A DNA stretch of 58,109 bases from Actinomycetes bacterium (lineage in GTDB: Bacteria; Actinomycetota; Acidimicrobiia; Acidimicrobiales; Ilumatobacteraceae): NCBI GenBank assembly GCA_037138315.1, contig JBAXIP010000001.1, positions 1 to 58,109 on the forward strand, in the 5' to 3' direction. Below the pieces are notes generated by a model. That model was not told the DNA's origin, did not search any database, and worked only from the letters and a program-made list of their open reading frames with translations. The position numbers were made by a program, and so were the translations under genes. Shown here one piece after another: positions 54,160-58,109 of this stretch. Numbering within the stretch: the stretch's first letter is position 1; the number at the start of each line of letters is the position of its first letter.

Positions 54160-55425
54160 ATGCCTATGTCTGACACCGCGAGCAACTCCACACCATCAAA
54201 GGTCAACCAAGACGATTCAAGTCTGTGGCGAACGGTGCTCAAACAGGCAGGTTTGGCGTATCTGTTTTCACGTTTCGCAATCATGATTGGTGCAGCCATC
54301 GTCGCAGCCGAACTTCGAGCCGACGAAAACAGAATCAAAGAGCATCTTTTCTGGGGCTTCATTGGCAAAGTTGACCCACACGCCCGGTCAGGTCCACTCC
54401 CTAAATCTGCTGGTTCAATGATCATCGATGTTCTGACGTCCTGGGATGGTCTGTGGTACATGCGCATCGTTCGCTACGGCTATCCAACTTTTGTTCCGCA
54501 ACACATCACGTACGATGACACCCAAGCGCGGCTGGCCTTCTTTCCCGCGTACCCGCACCTTGTGCGGGTCGTCAATGCCGTCCTTCCTGGTGGCGACACC
54601 TTGGCAGCATTAGTTCTGAACTTTGTTCTTGGCGCTGGCTTCATACTCATCATCGGACTACTTGCGCGTTCATGGTTTGGAGTTTCCGTCGCTAAGCGAG
54701 CAATGATTTTATGCGCGTTATTTCCCGGAAGTTTCGTGTTGTCATTTGCCTACAGCGAAGCATTATTACTTTTTCTCGCAGCTGCGTGTTTGTATTTGTT
54801 GCAAAAAGAAAAATGGCTTTTCGCCGGCGTAGTTGCAATGCTTGCGACGGCCACTAGACCTAATGGAATTGCGGTCATCGCGGCCTGCGCGGTAGCGGCT
54901 TATTTAGCTTGGCGACAAACGAAATCCCTTCGCCCATTCATCGCACCGCTGTTGTCACCCATTGGTTTCGTCGGCTACCAGTTATGGATCAACCACCATG
55001 CTCATGAATCTGGGGTGTGGTTCAGAGTCCAAGGCGAAGCTTGGAAAGAAGGGGCAAGTTTCGGCTTGACAGCTATTCGACGAACTCTCGAGGCATTTAC
55101 TCAGCCGCTCACGTCTCCCACCGACCTGATTACCGCCGCCTCGTTTGTTGTGACACTCTTTTTGTTGTGGTTGGTCTGGAAGAGACATCGCATACCATTA
55201 CCAGCTCTCGCCTACAGCCTGATTGTTATCGCGTTGATGTTGTTGCCTTCGACCGTCACTGCTCGACCGCGCTTTCTGTTTACCGCATTTCCGCTCTTCA
55301 TCGCGGCAGCGGTTTGGCTTGATCATCCAAAACGCAAAGAATGGTGGCCTTATATCGTTGGATTCTCCCTGTGTGGCCTAACGACCCTCACGGCCCTGTA
55401 CGGCGCATACGGGGCGATTCCGTGA
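54160..55425 (+). CDS. Polytopic membrane glycosyltransferase-like protein (PIG-V/GT-C-type mannosyltransferase pattern)
   Basis: SWDGLWYMRIVRYGYP ... LAFFPAYPHLV resembles the WDxxWY...GY...FFPLYP hallmark; many TM helices. The start is uncertain (54142, 54160 or 54166). The track start 54037 overlaps the divergent gene. Confidence 0.5.
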   Translation: MPMSDTASNSTPSKVNQDDSSLWRTVLKQAGLAYLFSRFAIMIGAAIVAAELRADENRIKEHLFWGFIGKVDPHARSGPLPKSAGSMIIDVLTSWDGLWYMRIVRYGYPTFVPQHITYDDTQARLAFFPAYPHLVRVVNAVLPGGDTLAALVLNFVLGAGFILIIGLLARSWFGVSVAKRAMILCALFPGSFVLSFAYSEALLLFLAAACLYLLQKEKWLFAGVVAMLATATRPNGIAVIAACAVAAYLAWRQTKSLRPFIAPLLSPIGFVGYQLWINHHAHESGVWFRVQGEAWKEGASFGLTAIRRTLEAFTQPLTSPTDLITAASFVVTLFLLWLVWKRHRIPLPALAYSLIVIALMLLPSTVTARPRFLFTAFPLFIAAAVWLDHPKRKEWWPYIVGFSLCGLTTLTALYGAYGAIP

Positions 55426-58109
55426 CTCAATGGCTGCGTCGTCGTTACGACGTCTGCATCATTGCTCTGCTCGCTTATCTTCCGTTACTGCTGTCCGCCC
55501 CAGGCAAATTGCCAGCCGACACCAAGTTGTACCTATATCTCAATCCGGGCCGATTACTCAGTGATGCCGCCTGGACGTGGGATAACCGCCAGCTCGGTGG
55601 ATGGGTCCCCCACCAAAATGTTGGATACCTATGGCCGACCGGTCCATGGTTCGCCTTTTTTGATTGGCTGAATATTCCCGACTGGATCGCCCATCGATTG
55701 TGGCTCGGATCCCTTCTTATCATCGCTGGCCTCGGCGCACGATGGCTCACGAAGTTGCTTGAACTGCCCGCAAAGTCATACTTCATCGCTGGAGTTGCCT
55801 ATCAACTATCTCCATATGTACTGCCATATATTTCGCGCACATCGGCTTTGCTTTTACCGTGGGCGCTTCTTCCTTGGATCGTTGGCCTGACTCTTAAAAT
55901 CATTCATGAACCCAAGCTGAAGTACTTTGCAATTTTCGGATTGATCATCATGTCGTCGGGAGGACTGAACGCCACCGCACTTCTCATGATTGCCCCAGCA
56001 CCGGTCATCTGGCTGATTGACGCGTGGAGCACTCGCCAAATTTCGTGGAAGCGAGCATTGTCACTGACAGGTCTGCTCGGTCTCATTTCAGCAGTGATGA
56101 GTGCTTGGTGGGCATCCGGCTTGTCGGTGCAAGGCAAATACGGAGCACCAGTGCTCTCGTATAGCGAGGCCCTTCAATCAACGTCGGCAACTTCCACTGC
56201 TACCGAAGCACTACGTGGCCTTGGGTATTGGCTTTTTTACGACCGCAACAAAATCACTGCGCTCACTTCGGCGTCAACGCCCTACCAAAACAATCTGTTG
56301 ATCATTGTTATCGGAGTTGTTTTAGTCATCGCTAGTTGCGTTGGCCTTCTGTGCCATCACAAACTCAAACGTCCACTGAGTTTGATGCTTCTCATTGGAG
56401 TCGTGCTGTCGGTCGGCGCATATCCAGCAGATTCGCCGTCACCTTTATGGTCGTACTTTTCTCATCATCCTAAGAGCGCCATAAGTTTGGCGCTGCGGTC
56501 ATCATCTCGTGCAGTCCCGTTGATTGCGTTGGCCCTTGCCATTGGATTAGCGATATTCGCACATCGAGCAATGACCCTTCTTGCGCAACGTTCGCCTCGC
56601 CTCACTCACGCGGTTTTGCCTTTCACACTCCTGCTCGTTTGCCTCAATGTGCCCGCACTCTTCGGTGGTCGCTACATCGATCCAGCGATATCACGTCCCG
56701 AGAAATTGCCAACTGCGTGGACCCAAGCCGCCACATTGCTCGATCAACGTTTCGATGCTGGACATACCGGCTCAGTTTTGATTCTTCCTGGTATTGAATC
56801 GGCGGCCTATCGCTGGGGCTACCCCGTCGATCCGATTCTCCCTGGCATTACCAAGAAGCCTTTGATCACTCGAGATTGGCTGCCATTAGGAAGCGCTCCT
56901 TTTATGGATTTGCTGTATGCCCTCGATGACTCATTTCAAAATGGAACAGCCGATGCCAACAGCATTGCCCCCATTGCCCGTTTACTTGGCGCTGACACCA
57001 TCATGGTGGTTAATTCGTATCAATACGAGCGATTTGGCATACATCGACCAGAGCGATCGGCTTCTCTCGTTGCTTCAGCTCCAGGTCTCACGCCCATTGC
57101 CGACTTTGGAACACCATCTATCAATCTGGCTGAAGAATATGAAACCAATGATCTGCTCGACTACCCCGCGACTGCATTGCCCGAAATTTCACTCTATGCA
57201 GTGAGTCATTCTTCAGCAGGCGCCCGAATCACTCAGAACCCCGTTGTCGTTTCTGCAGATGGTACGGGACTCGTTGATCTTGCTCGAGCAGGTCTGATTG
57301 ATGGTAAGAGTACGGTTCTGGCATCGGCTGCACTTGATTCCGTTGCATTGACAGAGGCCGTGGCAAGTGCCCCTGAAGTCATTGTGACCGACAGCAATCG
57401 CAAACGCGCCCACCAATGGCGCGGTTCGCAAGAAGTATGGGGAGCAACCGAAGGAGTCGGCCCCGTCCTTGATTCATTTGACGCGTTTGATAATCGATTG
57501 CCGGTCTTTCCATTGGCAGCAGATCACATTGAGACGCAATCAATTGCCGAAAATAACTCTGGAATCACCATGTCAGCTACGGCTTATGGCGCACTGCTGT
57601 CGTACTTACCCGAGTATCGCCCGGCGAACGCCAACGATGGAAATGTTGATACTTCGTGGTCGGTCGGTTGGGGCATTAATCCGATTGGGCAGGTCTTGAC
57701 GTATACAAGTAATCTTAGCTCTCCCGAAATTGATCACCTTGAACTGGTCCCCGCTCAATTCTCGACCGAACAACGTCAGATCGTCTCGATGTCGGTCAGT
57801 GTTAATGGCTCACCATGGGCCAATCATGTTATTGACCCGAGCGCGTCAGTCACAACGATTGAACTCGCTCAACCAGGAAATACAGTTCGCCTCAGAATTG
57901 ACGGAGTCACCGAGGGAGACGATCAACTTCCGGTGGGATGGGCCGAAATACTGCCGGCATCCTTTCAACAGCCCGAAGTGATCATGGTTCCACGTGATGC
58001 CGCCGCAGTTGCCGATGCCTCAACACCAATCTCGTATTCGTTTACTCGGCTACAAGCCGATGAATACAAGACCTTTCGTCAAGATCCAGAGTTGTCAATC
58101 AACCGAACC
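55422..58109 (+). CDS. AftD-like alpha-(1->3)-arabinofuranosyltransferase family protein (DUF3367), 5' part; runs off window end
   Basis: It is absent from the ORF track because there is no stop in the window. I read the frame from GTG 55422 (GTGA overlap with the upstream stop) and spot-translated it at the 5' end, around 57660..58010 and at the 3' end. It is open at those points, and no track ORF occupies this frame. The N-terminus APGKLPADTKLYLYLNPGRLLSDAAWTWDNRQLGGWVPHQNVGYLWPTGPWF matches the AftD family as I recall it. Confidence 0.75.
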   Translation, partial: MTQWLRRRYDVCIIALLAYLPLLLSAPGKLPADTKLYLYLNPGRLLSDAAWTWDNRQLGGWVPHQNVGYLWPTGPWFAFFDWLNIPDWIAHRLWLGSLLIIAGLGARWLTKLLELPAKSYFIAGVAYQLSPYVLPYISRTSALLLPWALLPWIVGLTLKIIHEPKLKYFAIFGLIIMSSGGLNATALLMIAPAPVIWLIDAWSTRQISWKRALSLTGLLGLISAVMSAWWASGLSVQGKYGAPVLSYSEALQSTSATSTATEALRGLGYWLFYDRNKITALTSASTPYQNNLLIIVIGVVLVIASCVGLLCHHKLKRPLSLMLLIGVVLSVGAYPADSPSPLWSYFSHHPKSAISLALRSSSRAVPLIALALAIGLAIFAHRAMTLLAQRSPRLTHAVLPFTLLLVCLNVPALFGGRYIDPAISRPEKLPTAWTQAATLLDQRFDAGHTGSVLILPGIESAAYRWGYPVDPILPGITKKPLITRDWLPLGSAPFMDLLYALDDSFQNGTADANSIAPIARLLGADTIMVVNSYQYERFGIHRPERSASLVASAPGLTPIADFGTPSINLAEEYETNDLLDYPATALPEISLYAVSHSSAGARITQNPVVVSADGTGLVDLARAGLIDGKSTVLASAALDSVALTEAVASAPEVIVTDSNRKRAHQWRGSQEVWGATEGVGPVLDSFDAFDNRLPVFPLAADHIETQSIAENNSGITMSATAYGALLSYLPEYRPANANDGNVDTSWSVGWGINPIGQVLTYTSNLSSPEIDHLELVPAQFSTEQRQIVSMSVSVNGSPWANHVIDPSASVTTIELAQPGNTVRLRIDGVTEGDDQLPVGWAEILPASFQQPEVIMVPRDAAAVADASTPISYSFTRLQADEYKTFRQDPELSINRT

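Noticed and set aside
1-58109. Scan for CRISPR arrays, IS elements/transposases, integrases, prophage, toxin-antitoxin pairs and rRNA
   Set aside because: I saw no spaced direct-repeat arrays, no DDE or tyrosine/serine recombinase-like ORFs, no terminal inverted repeats flanking genes and no rRNA-like segments. The window looks like conserved core chromosome.

Overview
This 58.1-kb window is a densely coding, syntenic core-chromosome segment of an actinobacterium (Actinomycetota). I infer that from a complete Pup-proteasome locus, a WhiB regulator, a DUF4193 protein, an AftD-like arabinosyltransferase and mycobacterium-like helY-tatC-tatA...pafA synteny. GC looks roughly half by eye (not computed).

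I support about 62 CDSs, one tRNA-Pro(GGG), two hairpin terminators, one promoter candidate and a few repeats. I saw no rRNA, CRISPR array, transposase, integrase or prophage.

Main blocks, in order:
- 83-8400: housekeeping genes (FKBP, threonine aldolase, whiB, kinase-like gene plus rbsK, prmA, gamma-CA-like gene, Arg/Asp-repeat protein, crotonase).
- 8410-11122: long thyX - DUF4193 - GNAT operon.
- 13026-16764: helY-tatC-tat(A/B).
- 18264-25486: mpa-dop-pup-prcB-prcA-orphan-pafA, on the minus strand.
- 25976-33125: one tightly packed minus-strand operon. It holds a domain-permuted ADP-forming acyl-CoA synthetase, dacB, a Lon-N-domain protein, three small membrane proteins, a ThiS/TtuB-like carrier, ttuA and trmI.
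- 34092-37968: der, a DUF512 radical-SAM gene and ispH.
- 38396-42035: acyl-CoA metabolism.
- 42130-45621: a GDPD gene coupled to a NitT/TauT-type ABC importer.
- 45645-47349: Gpt-like PRTase, PPK2 and DUF5522.
- 47513-53210: five-gene peptide/nickel-type ABC importer.
- 54160-58109: cell-envelope glycosyltransferases, the last CDS running off the window.

I found no clear stand-alone novel multi-gene system such as a defence island. The observations most worth follow-up are:
1. A ubiquitin-fold sulfur carrier ending GG-F, translationally coupled to a full TtuA-type tRNA thiolase and to TrmI, directly beside the Pup locus.
2. An 18-bp perfect palindrome recurring exactly on the start or stop codons of three genes within the first 5.5 kb.
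3. An uncharacterised Cys-rich, receiver-like orphan between prcA and pafA.

All family calls come from reading motifs in the supplied translations. No database search was run.
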